A DNA stretch of 51,993 nt, filler included, from Bipalium vagum (taxonomy: Eukaryota): the NCBI GenBank assembly GCA_037834085.1. It is 3 parts of 3 records of this genome, joined end to end, with 100 filler letters (N's around TTAATTAATTAA, not from the genome) between each part and the next. Parts side by side here need not be neighbours in the genome. Positions count along the whole stretch, not along the records: positions 1 to 18,833 come from JBBMKC010017661.1; positions 18,934 to 34,661 come from JBBMKC010149286.1; 1 more part is not named here. One strand, given 5' to 3'. This document shows, piece after piece, positions 13,600-27,900 of the stretch (position 1 is its first letter; every line of letters begins with the position of its first letter). The position numbers were made by a program, and so were the translations under genes. Under the pieces are notes generated by a model, which worked only from the letters and a program-made list of their open reading frames with translations, made no database searches and had not been told where the DNA came from.

Positions 13600-14760
13600 C
13601 GAAATCAGTCAAGAATATATACAAACTCTTTCGATGTTATTGCCATACCAAGGATTGGGCTTTTCATTAATGAACTGAGTCGTGGCAGTGTTGATATCAT
13701 TAACTTCTATCAAGCGTTTTGCCACGAAGGAAATGTTGTAAAGATCGCAACAAATAGTAATCCCAAGGCGCGAAGTCTGGACTATATTGGAGCATGAGGC
13801 ATTATTTTAGATTTTGTGTCACTTTTGCAGAGTGTAGCCTAGCCCCGTTGTGATGAAAAATTATTTTATTTTGGTTGATCAAATCAGGGCGTTTCACAAT
13901 TAATGCATCTCTCAAACGGTCAATAATTTTACAATATACATCGGAACTTATTTTTTTACCCTCTTCCAATAATTCAAAGTTTTGCAATCGTAGGAGACAC
14001 TCAATAAGACACTTTTTGGATAAAGTCCTGCTTTCACCACTGATACAGGAGTTTGGATTAGAGATAAACACAGATTATTATTATTTGGATTCCATTACAT
14101 TATCCACTATTTATCTCCAGTCAAAATCCACTCGAAGAATGGTTACTTTAAATGTCGAATGAATAATGAGGAACAGATCTGGACTCGATTATTATTCTCT
14201 TCTAGGGTTAAATAATGAGGAACTCAAACAACTCACCTATTGCTTTTGCCTAAATCTTTTATATGGTCCCATACACTGCTAACACTACAGTTTAATAGAA
14301 CATTCAATTCTTCTAATGTTTGTCCAGTATCTGTTTCGATGATAGCCTTTAACACATCATTATTCACCACAGATTGTTTATGCATCGGTTGTTCGATCTT
14401 CAAACTGAGATCCCCATTGCGAAACCGGTCGAATCATTTTTGACAACATCAAGCATTTTATCGTAAACATTGCTGATATCTTGGTGGCAACGGTGACATT
14501 TAATCCCCGTTTAAACTCTTGCAGCATACAATGACGAATTTGAGCGTCATTTGGGAAACTTTCATTCATTCCAAATATGTTAAATAAATTTAATTAATAC
14601 CACAAATTATTTTAATTATTGATTATACTCGACATTGGTCTTTGATTTTATATTGAATTTAAAAGTTTTGTTCATTATTATGTTTTATATAAACAATATT
14701 AAACGGTATTAAATATTATTAAAACAACGAACTTTCAATGTGAAAACCGCAATAATAATA
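13600..14760 (-). mobile_element. Degenerate mariner (DD34D)
   Basis: ORFs 14378-14569 (IRHCMLQEFKRG HTH) and 13802-14071 (KRPDLINQNKIIFHHNGARLH); VPHYLT and YSPDFAP motifs. Confidence 0.85.
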
Positions 14761-15089
14761 ACAAGCGTTACTGGAATATTTTTAGACCTTATCGCAAGAA
14801 TTTTATAATGAAATAAATATTTTCATTTTCATGAAATAGAAAAGCTGTATTGATTGCTTATCTTCATGGAGCAGGAAAAAATAAATATTTTGCACACGGA
14901 AATAATTTTATATATCTCTATGAAATTAATTTTTCAATTTTAATGAAAATGGAAAAAAGAAATTATAAAATTGAGCATTAAAACAAAAGTAAATATTTAA
15001 AATACAATAATGTGTGTTATAATCGAAAATATTTCAAAATAAGATTTAAAATGATACTAGAGTAAAATGAAATAAGAAATAATCAATCC

Positions 15090-16180
15090 AAGTTTTATTC
15101 AATCAATTTAAACACTTGTTATATATTGTTAAATGAACCATGTTATTTTTCCTTTATAAGCCGCAGCTTAATGGAAAAAATCTTTTAAACATAAAAATAG
15201 GCTTCAAGTAGTACGCCTTTTTAAGTTGAAAAATTCGATATCGCTGAAGAAGTTTTACTTTACTTTTGTAATATTAAGTGGACTTCGGAGAGAATTCTGA
15301 CAATATTGCTGTTTGAAGGGTGGGATTATTAAACTGTCATCCATTATTGAATTTTTATCACGCAATTGTTCTGAACTATGGGAACTTAAGATAAACATCG
15401 ATTCTAGACGCCGACGCAATTCTGGCACAAGAAACTGCTGTAACATCTCCAAGTAACTCTCCCCAGTGACATTTTGCCTTGCATTTTGAAGAAATAAGGA
15501 CCAATGACACACTTGGACGATATTGTACAACAACAGTTAATAGACCTGGATGTAATTTCTTTTCGTGGATAATGCTTGGGTTTTTATCTTCCCAATATCG
15601 AAAATTTTGTTATTTCACATTTCCGTTAAGATCCAAATGTGCCTCATCAGACATGAACAAACAGTTTAACAAGATCCCATACTCTTCCACAATACTGATC
15701 ATCTTTTCTCAGAACTGGAGATGCAAACGGTAGTCAGTTTGCTCTAATTTACTCACTATTTGCATTTTTTATGGAAATAAATGCAAACCAGCCTTTAAAA
15801 GACAAGCCAGTCTGCGTGTTGATAATCTCGGATTTGTTTCAATTGCCGCGGCTACTGCAGCGATGTTGGAAGAAGTTCGTATGGGACAATTTCTATTTTT
15901 TGGCATAACATAAGCATTACCCTTACGTTCGAAATGATTAATCACAAGCCTAATCGCTGTTGTACTCGGTGTCTTACATTTATAAGTCCCGTCTGATTGC
16001 TCGCCTGACAAAAATTGGAGAATGAAATTCATAAGACATTTTAATTTTGATTTCTGGATCCATAATTAAAATGATTTAAATTTCCACACTTATAACAAAA
16101 TGAAACATTAAAACAAATATACCTGCATTGGAATGAAGTTATCAATCATTACTTTCGAACGTTTTAAATGCGCCACCCTA
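15090..16180 (-). mobile_element. Degenerate rosa/Visitor (DD41D-type) transposon
   Basis: ORFs 15769-16032 (NPRLSTRRLA..GLH) and 15255-15533 (VTGESYLEMLQQFLVPEL); FMSDEAHL motif; AGGGTGGCGCA terminus near 16180. Confidence 0.75.
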
Positions 16181-16189
16181 TATAATTAC

Positions 16190-17260
16190 ATATGAAAAGT
16201 CTTTAACATCAAAATGAGAACAAATTTATCGAAATTTTTACACAAAATACCTAAAAGTAATCACTCTGTGTCTGAATACAGAGATTCATCAGGTCCTCCC
16301 ATATACGATAGACTTTGTGCCAGTCCTGAGAAGGAATTGCATCAAAGAAGGTATGAACAGCCTAATCCAAATCTTCTTCTGTCGCAATTTTTTTATAGAT
16401 TGTTGAAAAGCCATAAATCATAGGGACTTTAATGTGGGTGTGGAACCAACTCAATATCCATATCACGCAAGTATTAGACAGTAAGTTTAGCCTTATGTGG
16501 TCAACCATTATCATGGTGTAAAATTATTCCCTTTACACCAGATTTTGGATGTCTCTCGGAGATAGCAGCTATGACAAGCATATGTTCGTATATCAATCTC
16601 CCGTGATCTTCTCTCTTTTCTAAGTTCCTACCAACCAGAAAAATATGGCGTACAATATCTTTTTCCTATGTTTTCAGCTTTTAACACTTATGGAATTGAG
16701 TCGTCCTCAATTATCCCATACTTTGACATTGCGTGATGAAAGATTCTCGTGAAAATATACCCAGGTCTCATCACGGACTACCAATCGATTAAAAATGCCA
16801 GGAACGTTCAATTGCAACTTTTTCAGGTTCTCCTTGCACATTTCAAACATGTGCTCGACTGTGATAGTGTGGGCACCCACTCAACAACAAGATGGCAAGT
16901 ACCCAGATCATTACGGCGAATATTGGGAATTCTTTTTCTCTAATTTTTCAGTATTTCTGCCATCTAATCCAAATTTATCCGTGGGTCTTCTTTGACAAAA
17001 TCTAAAACTGTGGTCACATTCTTATCCGTAGTCATTTCTATTGGACAAATGGATTTCGGAAAGTCATTAAATACAGTTTAACTCATCCGAAATTGACGAA
17101 ACCAATTCTTAAGAGAGGACTATTTAACAGCGTTTATCCCCAAAACACTATTAATATCGTTGGTAGTGTCTATTTCAGAAATATTCTTTTGAACCAATTA
17201 CCAACTGCTACTCTAATATCTCTGAAATTAATATCATACTTTCTTTGGCCATTCCTAAAT
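16190..17260 (-). mobile_element. Degenerate mariner (DD34D)
   Basis: KNWFRQF..VKEDPR N-terminus, WVPT motif, and HHDNG*PHKAK..VPHP..YDLWLF. Confidence 0.8.
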
Positions 17261-17519
17261 TTGATCATTATAATCAGTAAAAAATTAAGCAAAAGTTTTT
17301 TTAATTTACCTTTCATTTATGTAATTAATTGATTATTTAAAACCAATATTATATCATTAAAAAATCATTTGGTCGTTCAGATCTAAAGACTTTCATCTAT
17401 AACTAATAATATAAAATAGAATTCGAATTCTTCTTCCTAAATTATTTTTCTCATGTAAAATATTTCGAAATTTTTTATTTATAAATTAATATATTAATTT
17501 TTTTTTAATTTTCTTTTGA

Positions 17520-18180
17520 TCAACTTATTTTATTATTTATTTTTTAATTCAACAATTGTGTTCTAAAAATGCTAATTAAATTCTAGAAAAGATTGGCCTG
17601 AAATTTCATTAATTTTTTTTTCATTAAATCAATAAATAAAAGAAAAAGATCAAATATAGTAAAACAATGTTATTTTTGGATTATTCCCTTTATTTGTTCG
17701 GAAAGAAGAAATTGTTGGAATATAAAACATCATTTGTGAATAATGTATAGTAGGTATTTCCATGGGGGAAGACGGTTCGGTATTTATTCTTATCTGAACG
17801 GAAAGGGAATACTTATCAAATTTTAAATTTATGGCTTTTATTTTCGTTAAGGAAGCAAAAGTAATTAGCATTCTGAACGAATGGTAATAAATATTTGATA
17901 AGAGTGGTCGGAAATTTCAGATAACATCAGTCTTTAATATTGGTAATCAATAATTCCATCAGACTCCTCGCTGTTACATCATTGAATATCTTCGCTGTTT
18001 TCTCCTTGGAATTATTTCTTGAATGTGAACTCAAAAAATAATCATTGGGTTTTCTTTCATTAAAACAAAAACCGCACAGAACGGAAAAAATGAATTGAAA
18101 TAAATTGGGGAACTTTACACATGGATGAGCATGAAATATTATTTTACTAGATTCCCCCTTTTAGTCGCCCATTATTACAA
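17520..18180 (-). CDS. Exon-like coding segment with in-frame stops; possibly a 5' exon of the Ig/FN3-like gene
   Basis: ORF 17650-17871 extends in the same frame on both sides through TGA/TAR codons: ...MM[Q]QRGV[W]WNY[W]LPILKTDVI[W]NFRPLLSNIYYHSFRMLITF...LFYYI[W]SFSFIY[W]FNEKKINEISGQSF. Boundaries are not resolved. Confidence 0.4.
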
Positions 18181-18833
18181 TGATTTATTAATCATAATAT
18201 TAACACTAGTATGATCCGTGAGCTCTATGTAATGAAAATAGCCCCAAGTTATGAGATCAATTTATAATAGTTAATATAAATAATTCCAAAATAATCTTTA
18301 AGGTTTTCAGTTGACACTGGAATCGCAAATTTTTTGAAAAAAAGGAATTTTATACATTTATGCATCTATATGTAGGCAACCTTTCAGATAAATGAAACTT
18401 CAAAGACGTCTACGAGACTTGAAATTTATATTTATTATTTGATCCAAGGGGTATCGATATTATAAATAACCTAAATATTAAAAATTATTTTTAAATACGT
18501 TTTTCTAAAAAGATTATTTAATGATTGTATTAGAATAAAATATTTTTTGTTTTTTATATTTATATTATGATGTATTTGAATTAATTCTCTCTGTTTGTTT
18601 TAATTAATTAAATTATTGAATATTTCAATATTAAATAATTTAAATCAATTAGTGGATTTTTTAAGTATTGATATTTAAATGTTAAAATGGTAAATAATAA
18701 TTGACAATAAATAAATAAATACAACTAAAAGACTTATGAAGGATGAACATAAACGGATCAAGGAAAACAAAACCACAAAGTAATTGGGGTCAGGTTGGAA
18801 AAATAATATTTTTCTTAAAATTATAAATTTATT

Positions 18834-18933
18834 NNNNNNNNNNNNNNNNNNNNNNNNNNNNNNNNNNNNNNNNNNNNTTAATTAATTAANNNNNNNNNNN
18901 NNNNNNNNNNNNNNNNNNNNNNNNNNNNNNNNN
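18834..18933. other. Artificial 100-nt contig linker (44 N + TTAATTAATTAA + 44 N)
   Basis: Identical structure at 34662-34761; six-frame stop linker. Confidence 0.95.
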
Positions 18934-19317
18934 AATCAAAAAAGAAATTTCCAGGTCTGAGAAAATTTGTTTAAATATTATTTGTTTTATCACTCAATAA
19001 AATCTATTTAAAAAAATGTCTTCTAATTCTGAGTATAAACCGATTGATGTTAGAATGCAATATTGTTATTTGGTTTTTATATCATTCTAAAAATTAAATA
19101 AAACGGTAAACTAAATGAATATCTGAACAAATCTTTACACAACAATTTTCATCAAACAGCGAGACAAATATGTAATTAATTAATTATTAAAATATCACTG
19201 TCCTGTCTAAAGATTTGTAGATTAGTAAATTTGTTCTGTTAGGTATTTCCTATTATTATTTTTTAATATTATTAATAATATTATTATTACTATTATTTTA
19301 TTATTATTATTATTCAT

Positions 19318-19450
19318 TTCCTCTTTCAACCAAAGACATTTTTCTGGATTTATACTTAGTCCAACTTTTTGAACTCTATCAAAATTTGCAGTCTTATGTT
19401 GCACATGTTTTTCGGGAATCACATTTTTAAATCGGATATTTACTTTCTAC
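19318..19450 (-). mobile_element. Ty3/gypsy reverse transcriptase fragment
   Basis: FDRVQKVGLSINPEKCLW resembles the RT C-terminal motif (L..AGL.LNPEKC.F). Confidence 0.55.
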
Positions 19451-22016
19451 ACACATTCTGTACACATAGAGTGAACGTCGATTAATCAGAATTCGCTAAA
19501 CACGGACATTCTTGTTAACAAAAAATAGACATTTTCCCAAATTTACTGTTTAATGTTCATTAGTTTAGTAGACAGTTCTCAATAGTTCTGAAAACCTATT
19601 AAGAATTGTCAAAAATGATAGTTACAAGATGAATATCATTCTCTGGTATCTGAGAATTATAGATTTATAGAATTATTTATTTCACACTTTCAGAACTAAA
19701 ATGTGAAATTAGTAAAATCAGACCTTGTCCAAATTTCAAATGACATAAAAAAACATTTTTATTTTATTTTTAAGATAGAAACAAGATCCTGAAAAATGAG
19801 AATATCAAAATCGTTTTGTGGAGCATCCCACAATAAACATTTTTATGTCATTTTATTGAACAACTTTACTGATCCATAAGTATCGTGATTCTAATAAATA
19901 CTTTAATTTTATTTTTTATGTTGTTATGTGACTGATCTCCAAAAAACCTTCTTTTAATTAATTATTATTATTACCATTGTTATTATTATTAATATTATTA
20001 TTAGAGTTTCTGAAAAAATATAAAATTAGTTAATAAATTAAAATTAGAAACAAAACAGTTACTAAAAATAGAAAATTACATAAAAAAGAATAATAAAGTT
20101 TATTTTAAGAAAGTTAAATTATATAAGAATATATAAATAGAAATATATTATTACTAAAAATAATAAAATATGAGAAATAAATAATATAAAAGAAACTCAC
20201 CATAAGACATAAAAGACGCAAATAATACAAAACAACAAGACAAGTCAAGGCAAAGAAATTAAATCCAGAACTAGTGAAATAAATTCCAGACTAGGAATTC
20301 TTCGCGATATCAAATTCAACAATCTCGTTAGGAACATATCACATAGTTTATCAGATTAAGTGAAAGCGGCGACTACGAAAACGAATATATGTAAATTCCA
20401 AAATCAAATCCAGAAACAAGACCACCAAAAAGACTATAAAAGCGTCATTTGAAATTAAGAAAGTCAGAACTTGATCGAACAAATAGCAGACCCAAAAGTA
20501 ATATTTAATTCAGTTATTATTATATTTATCTTTATTACTATTAAACCGTCTACACTCTGTGAGTACAGAAGCGTTGACGATAAATTTTTAAATAAAATCT
20601 AAATCAGCATAGTTGCGCAATCTTTACCGATTGACGTAACTTTTAATTAATTTCTTCTTAAAAATAAATACTCGACACTTCGTCGTAGATCAATTAATTC
20701 TTTGTTGTTCTTCCTCTTTCTTCTTTTTTGTTTTTGAAGTTTACACAGCCGCTAGCTGGTAAACTTTCTGAGGGCTTTAACACACTAGGCTAAGTCTGTG
20801 TTTAAAGATTCTGTTGGTCAGCACAAATCCAATTAACTTTGTAAAATACCAAATTTGTATCATAATTTTCAATAAAGATTTCGCTATTACAATTGTGTTC
20901 ATTTATACTTTTCTCGTGATCGATTTGTTTTTATTTGTGACAGTGAATAGTAGTAGTGTTCCAAACGTTCGCCCGTAAATCCTTCTGATAGCATAGATTT
21001 TGTTAAGTAGCCTAAAAGCTCAAACTAAGTTTTATAAAATCAACCATCCTTTTAGGAACTTAACAGTTTTACAAGGAAAAGGGTCTTGAAATTAAAAAAA
21101 TTGTCATTGATTCCATTTGATATCGAAAAATATGTTGACATGTTCTAATAAAATTTAAATTAATTTTGGTTTTAATAAACAAAAAACAATTGCTGTTCAT
21201 TTTACTTTAAAAATATTGAAATAGCAAGCAAATCTTTCGAGATGTCTAAGAAAAAAATCCATTTTAATAATTCGTAAAATTTATTATAAATATTAAAAAT
21301 TTAACCAATTAATTTTTATTTTTTAAAAAAAATATATTAAGATTTTTAAAAAATTCCGAAAAGTCACAACTGTAAATCACGTATTTATTTTATAAAAAAT
21401 ATAAAATAAAAGAAAATTTTTATTAATTTTAAAAGGTGAAAAATTGACTTTTTACCAAAAAATAATTTATGATATCAGATTTTATAGTTTGGAAATTGAT
21501 TCAATTGATGTAAATTGATTTTAAAATAGAAATTGTAAAAAATAAAAAAATATTATTAATAAACATAATAAATAATAAAACATAAAAATAATAAAAAAAT
21601 ATAACATATAAAAATATTTTTAAAAATATTGTTTTCATAAACCTACACCCACACATGACTTAAAATAACAAAATAATTCGTTGGGAATGAAAAATTTATA
21701 ATGAACACAGAAATGACAAATCTATAAATCCCATAAAAATTAATAATATATATATAAATAGAATTAATTACGATAAAAATAGTAGAAAATTTTTTTTATC
21801 TCCAATTTGTCATATGAGATATTTCAGATTAAAAATTACTAAGACGTCGAACACCTTTCATTATAAATATATTATATCATATTATTTGAAACGTAAATGG
21901 AGGGTTTTATGAATTTGTAGGTTTGCTTTTGTTATTTTGGGCTCTGTTTCAAAATATCGTATATGACGAAAGTATAAAAACAATTTATATATCAAAATAA
22001 TTTATTAAAATAAAAA

Positions 22017-22242
22017 NNNNNNNNNNNNNNNNNNNNNNNNNNNNNNNNNNNNNNNNNNNNNNNNNNNNNNNNNNNNNNNNNNNNNNNNNNNNNNNNNNNN
22101 NNNNNNNNNNNNNNNNNNNNNNNNNNNNNNNNNNNNNNNNNNNNNNNNNNNNNNNNNNNNNNNNNNNNNNNNNNNNNNNNNNNNNNNNNNNNNNNNNNNN
22201 NNNNNNNNNNNNNNNNNNNNNNNNNNNNNNNNNNNNNNNNNN
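22017..22242. other. Assembly gap (226 N)
   Basis: Run of N. Confidence 1.
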
Positions 22243-22319
22243 GAAATGATTATTTAAAATAAAATTTAATAAAGAAAAAATGTAACAATTAAAACGATTA
22301 TAATTAAGGAAAGAAAAAT

Positions 22320-24938
22320 ATGAAGAAAAGATTTCCAGGAAAATTTCCATTTTATTTTCGATGGACGATGTATTCTGGTGAAACAAGTAAGAATAATGTT
22401 TAATGTCAAAGCATCTATTGAAGCAATAACAAACGAATAATATCCCATCTCAGTGCAATCAACAAACAATATTTTTATGACGTACAAAAATAGCATAGCT
22501 ATAATAAGCTCGGTAAATCATTCGATTCTAGTCTCCGAGATCTTTTGTCAGAGGTTTTCGTTTTCTGAAGGTACCATAAGTATTCAAAAGGTGACACTTA
22601 ATAAATTGTGATACAACACTTATCATTTCCATTTCAGTGAACTAGCACGACAGACATCCGTTTGCAAATCTATATTAATAAAAAGTTATTTAAAATATGT
22701 TTTATATTTGGAGACCAGATTTCTTCGTCGGAAATGAACCTCAACACACAAAACCAGCTCGAAAACTCGGTCACCGAATAAGTATATTCTTTGGAGATAT
22801 TGATAGAATGAGCATTCAGTTTTATATTGACAGATGAAGAGATCTTGACAAAAACAAATTTCTAACTATATTCCCGAAAACCTCTGAGAAGTTGTTTAGC
22901 TCTCGAATTTAACGCTCAGAAGAGATCGTTTAAGTATTACTTCAATATTAGGTATGAAAATTTAATGAGTGAAAATGTACAAATTTGATGTCTTTTATCC
23001 TAAATTTTAAACTGATTAGACAAATACTTAATAATACTTTATTGATTGAAATAGGACCCATTTCATTGTATACATTTAATCCTGTCTAATAAAACTCTTG
23101 TTCCAGAGACTACTTCTAAGATTATTTTCAAGTTTCCTTCCAAAAGAAGATAAATCAAATGCTCGAAAAAATGAAAATTTTTTACCATTCTTGTCTTTCT
23201 TAATTGTAGAAAATAACCGATCATTTTCTGTCGATCAGTTCGTCTTGATCTAACGACTGATCCAGTGGTGTCATGTTGTAGATAATACATTTCAGGTCAA
23301 TGGGTCCCTAAGAAGATTCGTTCTTATTGCGTTGAAGAAACAATAACATTTCTTAATGACGACTTTTTTTTCAAATTATAGAACACCAAATTTCTTATTT
23401 CTTGATTATTATCATTTTCTTTAGTATCCCTAACATTGGTTATTCGCTTTCAATTAACAACACTGCATTGGCCGTTATCAAAAAGTACTAGTCGATAATT
23501 ATGCTTCTCACCTTATAAGCCTTCAGCTTCTTAGCGGAACATGATAAACCGTAATTCATTAATAATGATACTGCACTGAAAGCATCATTCATTTTGCGAC
23601 ACATCTCACATGCTTTTATGCATAATATGCACTCATAGAAAAATTTTCCGAATTTGTTTCTTGACTGTTCTAATTTTCAGAGACTATGTTTCGGGTAAAA
23701 TATAAGGTTAATCGAATTTAACATCATTAATAAGTATATATTAAGATTCAATAGATTTGATCTTCACCAATTGAAGTATTTAAACAATATTAAAGTAACA
23801 ATCGAGTAATATAAAATTCTTTGATAGATTAAAGTTAAATAAAATTTATAAACAGATACGCCAAGAATTAAGTACAAAATTTAATTTAAATTCAAGAAAA
23901 GATTTAAATATACAGTGAAACCTGTCAATGTTGGACACCAATGGGACCAAAAATTTTGCCCAAAATATATACGTGCCTAAATTATACATGGTTCAAGAAA
24001 ACAAAAATCAATATTTAATTTTATTAACAAAATCGTCCAAAGATGATTGCTTTAGAAAAGAACTTCTTTTTGAAATGATATTTTGAAAATTTTATCCAAT
24101 GCTTGAAATATATCGCTTATTGATGTTTCATTTCTACAAGAAATTTCTTTTCATTTTATATTCATTAATGAAACATCTTTGTACGAAATTATTTCATCAG
24201 CTTCCTTGACAAATTCATCATCCGACCCTAGTCTCATTTCTTTAACTTGTTGGATTTTAACTAGCAAAGTTTTTTCAATAGGTTACTGTACTAATAGTGT
24301 ACTTCTAATATGGAGAAGATAGCATCAATATCAAAATTTATAGTGATAAGAAAGAACGGAACATGTTAGTCCATGAATAACAAAGATCCATTTATTTTTA
24401 TAACCAGCTGATCAAATCACTCTTAGATAACTTATTAGGTATGGTTTACCAGAATCTAATTATTGTAATTTTGGTACATTCATGTTATGTTAACGACACC
24501 TATTATTAAAGTAGAAGTAAACATATTCTAAATTCAAACCAGATTCCACAATGCACATCGAGTTTATATGTAGATTTCGCACGATTAGAATAGAAAAATT
24601 AAAAAAAATTATATTTTCTCCTAAGAATAATGATATAGAAAATAAAGAATAAAAAAATGATAGAAAAAAAATTTAAACCATACCACACCCTCCATACGAA
24701 AACGTCAACTAAAAAACACAAATAGTAAAATTATGATTCAGATTTTTGAAACTGAACGTAGTCTTAATAATGTTTGATTAAGACGAAAGACAATACAATA
24801 GGATATCCATTGTTTAATTGGACGGTTTGGACTATTACTTTGAGGCAATTTAAAACTCGCTTACAATTTTTAATTTATTTTGAATTATTAAACTTATTTA
24901 AATAATTAATTTAATTAATTCAATTAAAAAAAATAATA

Positions 24939-24973
<35 letters not shown>

Positions 24974-27900
24974 TTAAAATAAGAAAATAAAAATTATAAT
25001 AAAAATAATTATAAATTAAATTAATTTAATTAAATAAATATATAAATATTATTTTTCACCGTATAAAGGTAAAGAACTGCGAAGATGATGCAAATGTTTC
25101 ATTAGATTTTTTCGGAAGGTAAGTAGCAGTCGTAAAAAACACTAAGTCATTTCATAGTAGAAGGGATATTTAAACAACAGATATACAGTGTTATCAAACA
25201 CGTTACATAAACACTTGTAACGTTGAAAGAGAGGACTGAAAGATAAATTAGAAAATTGCACAAAGTTTATGGTTAAACTTATATTACTATTGATGATAAA
25301 CCATATCTAACAATTGATTAAAACTAATTACTCAGAACATAGTTCTTTACCACTGTAGACGTCGATCAAAGTAGATAGCGAATCAAAATTGAAACGTGAC
25401 AGAAATATTCTGATAAATATTTGGTCTGGCAGCCAATTACATAGAATAGTGAGGTTACTGAACCATTTATACACATAGGTCCATAAATAGTAAAAATGTA
25501 TCTCGAAGACTGCCTAAAAACGCCTAGATCCTTTTATTAATAAATTCTAAAAAGATCATAATAAATTATCCTGACCATGTCTTGCAACATTGCATTATGT
25601 TAAATGTGTAATGGAGTATGTAATATGTATTAATAAATTACGAAAATGTATCATTGATAATCCTGCGAATGTGCCAAATCTGAGACCAACTGAAAATCTC
25701 TGGGCCATTTGTAAGACAAATTGCTAAGATAATGAGCATTGTGATTCTATTGTTAAGTTCAGAAATGCATGGAAGCTATTTAGAAAAACGGTAAAAATCT
25801 GTTTCAAAATTTTCGAAAAATCCTGGTTATAAAGAACTATGTTTTTTGTTGTTTAAATGATAGATTTGTACTTTATTTTTAAAATAAATTTTTCGTGGAT
25901 ATCTTTTAAAGTAATTTGTTTATTTCAATTTTTAAAGAACCCGATTAAAACTAGGTTCTTTAACAAATATATCCCGGTGAAGTCAAACGTTTTGTCGAAA
26001 AGAATTCAATCTGATTAAGCGCCTAATCCCAATCGGGGAACGTCATAGCCATAAACAGTAGTTAATCTGAGTGTAAGGAAGATTTTTATTAAGGGGATGT
26101 ATTTGAACCGACCTGTATTGTTTTTTCATTCTTATCAACGAAGCACAAATATCTTCATTTACAGTTAGATTTTATCAGGAAGTCAATTCCTTTAGAACGC
26201 TAATCAGAATACATACCAATAATGAAAGTCTGATGATGATTTCCAACATCATGATAATACGGGTCAAACTAAAGATAAAGTATAACTTTTGAGGTATTTG
26301 ACTTTCTTAAGACATAAGTGGGTCACCAAACTATAGAATAAACTTTAAAACTATACAGATACGAGCATCATGATACTGATTTTATATAACATTAATAAAC
26401 TAATCACTAATCACATTCAGAGCGTTAATCGTTTTTGATTCTGAGAAGAACAGAAAAGAAGGAAATTATTTACCAGCTACATGAAGCATATGAAAATGAA
26501 GCTCCATATAAGACTACAGGTCAGAATTTTTCTGGCTAGAAAAATGTTATGATAAAGAAAGAAGAGAAAAAGTTCGAAAAATTAAAAAAATATTTTGTAA
26601 AAAGAGACATGGATTACCCAGAGAGCATTTAAGAAAGAACACTGCAAAGAATATACTGGAGAACATTTGAATCAGAGTTCACCTAAGAAAAATCGTCAAA
26701 ACCATACAGATACGACTATCAAGATACATGTTTTATATAACATTAATAAACTAAACCCTAATCGAATTATAAGCGTATATAACAAGGGGTTGAAATAAAC
26801 AACAATTTATAAATCTCAATTTCAGATTTTAAAAACCTCAAAATATAACCATAATTTGTACAAATGGTATAGAAGTAAATTTAAATTTGTGGTTGAACTT
26901 TAGTCTTACCTTTAGCTGTGTATATCCTCCCCGTACCTACTACGGTTATAGGTTATACTTCGTACTGAATTTTTCTAATTTAAGAAATAAAGTCATTGGT
27001 TCGTCTACATTTATTAATACGGAGCAGAAGAACCGTCACATTCTGATAATAATGATCCAGAATCGTTATGGATTTTATTGAAGGAGAATTTATTTAACAA
27101 AAGATCAGGCTCCTCATCATCCTCAATATTGGTCCAGAGACTCAAAAGCTATACTATATGTTATTGGACATGGCAAATCTGGTAAGCATAATGTGTGAAT
27201 TGTTATAGATTTTTGAAAGGAAAACAGAAGAAAAGATTCTAAATATAATTATATAGAGGTTTTCCAATTTTGGTCTGAATTCATATATCTTATAAAAGTA
27301 AAAATATACAAAATATATAAAAAAGAAATTTCAAAGAACAAATAAATGGTAAATCGGAAAATGCGGAAAAGGTTTATAAGCAACGTGGATACCAGAATTT
27401 GACTAATACCTTCACATGGTTGGTGAAAGGCATTGTGAAAGCAAGACTGGGCGAATAATAAATAATATACAGTCGTGACCATAATTCATTGGCCACCTTT
27501 AATTTTAAGAAATGGTTTAAAAAATGTATTTTGTTACAAAAGATTTATTATGAAAACATATAAAACAGTAAGTGATCTTTGTGCAGATGCAATACGGTGA
27601 AATAAATTCTACTGTTCTTCGGAAGGTACGATATTTTTAATTACCTATGTAATTTCACTCGACTTAAATAGTGTAAGAACCTGGTTGCAGTAGATAGCCA
27701 GGCAACGAACGGTCATATTGCTCTGTTGCGGGATCCCTGTAGCCGAAAGGCCGCTTTGTAACCAATACCCAAACTCTGACATACTGACGAATACACAAGA
27801 CGACGAAGGAGGAAGATTGTGCCGGATGCAGATTTTCCTCGAAAGAGGCAGTTTTTTCATAAATAAATTTTTGTTATTGAAAAAGTTTGCGTAATAATGT

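Noticed and set aside
18878-18889. Palindromic TTAATTAATTAA between N runs (also 34706-34717)
   Set aside because: Identical 44N-12-44N structure twice; an artificial six-frame-stop scaffolding linker, not biology.
20200-21020. LTR-like or promoter-like stretch between the two divergent large genes
   Set aside because: No partner LTR, primer-binding site or TG...CA boundaries could be established.
21985-22386. 133-aa ORF
   Set aside because: Artefact spanning the N gap.
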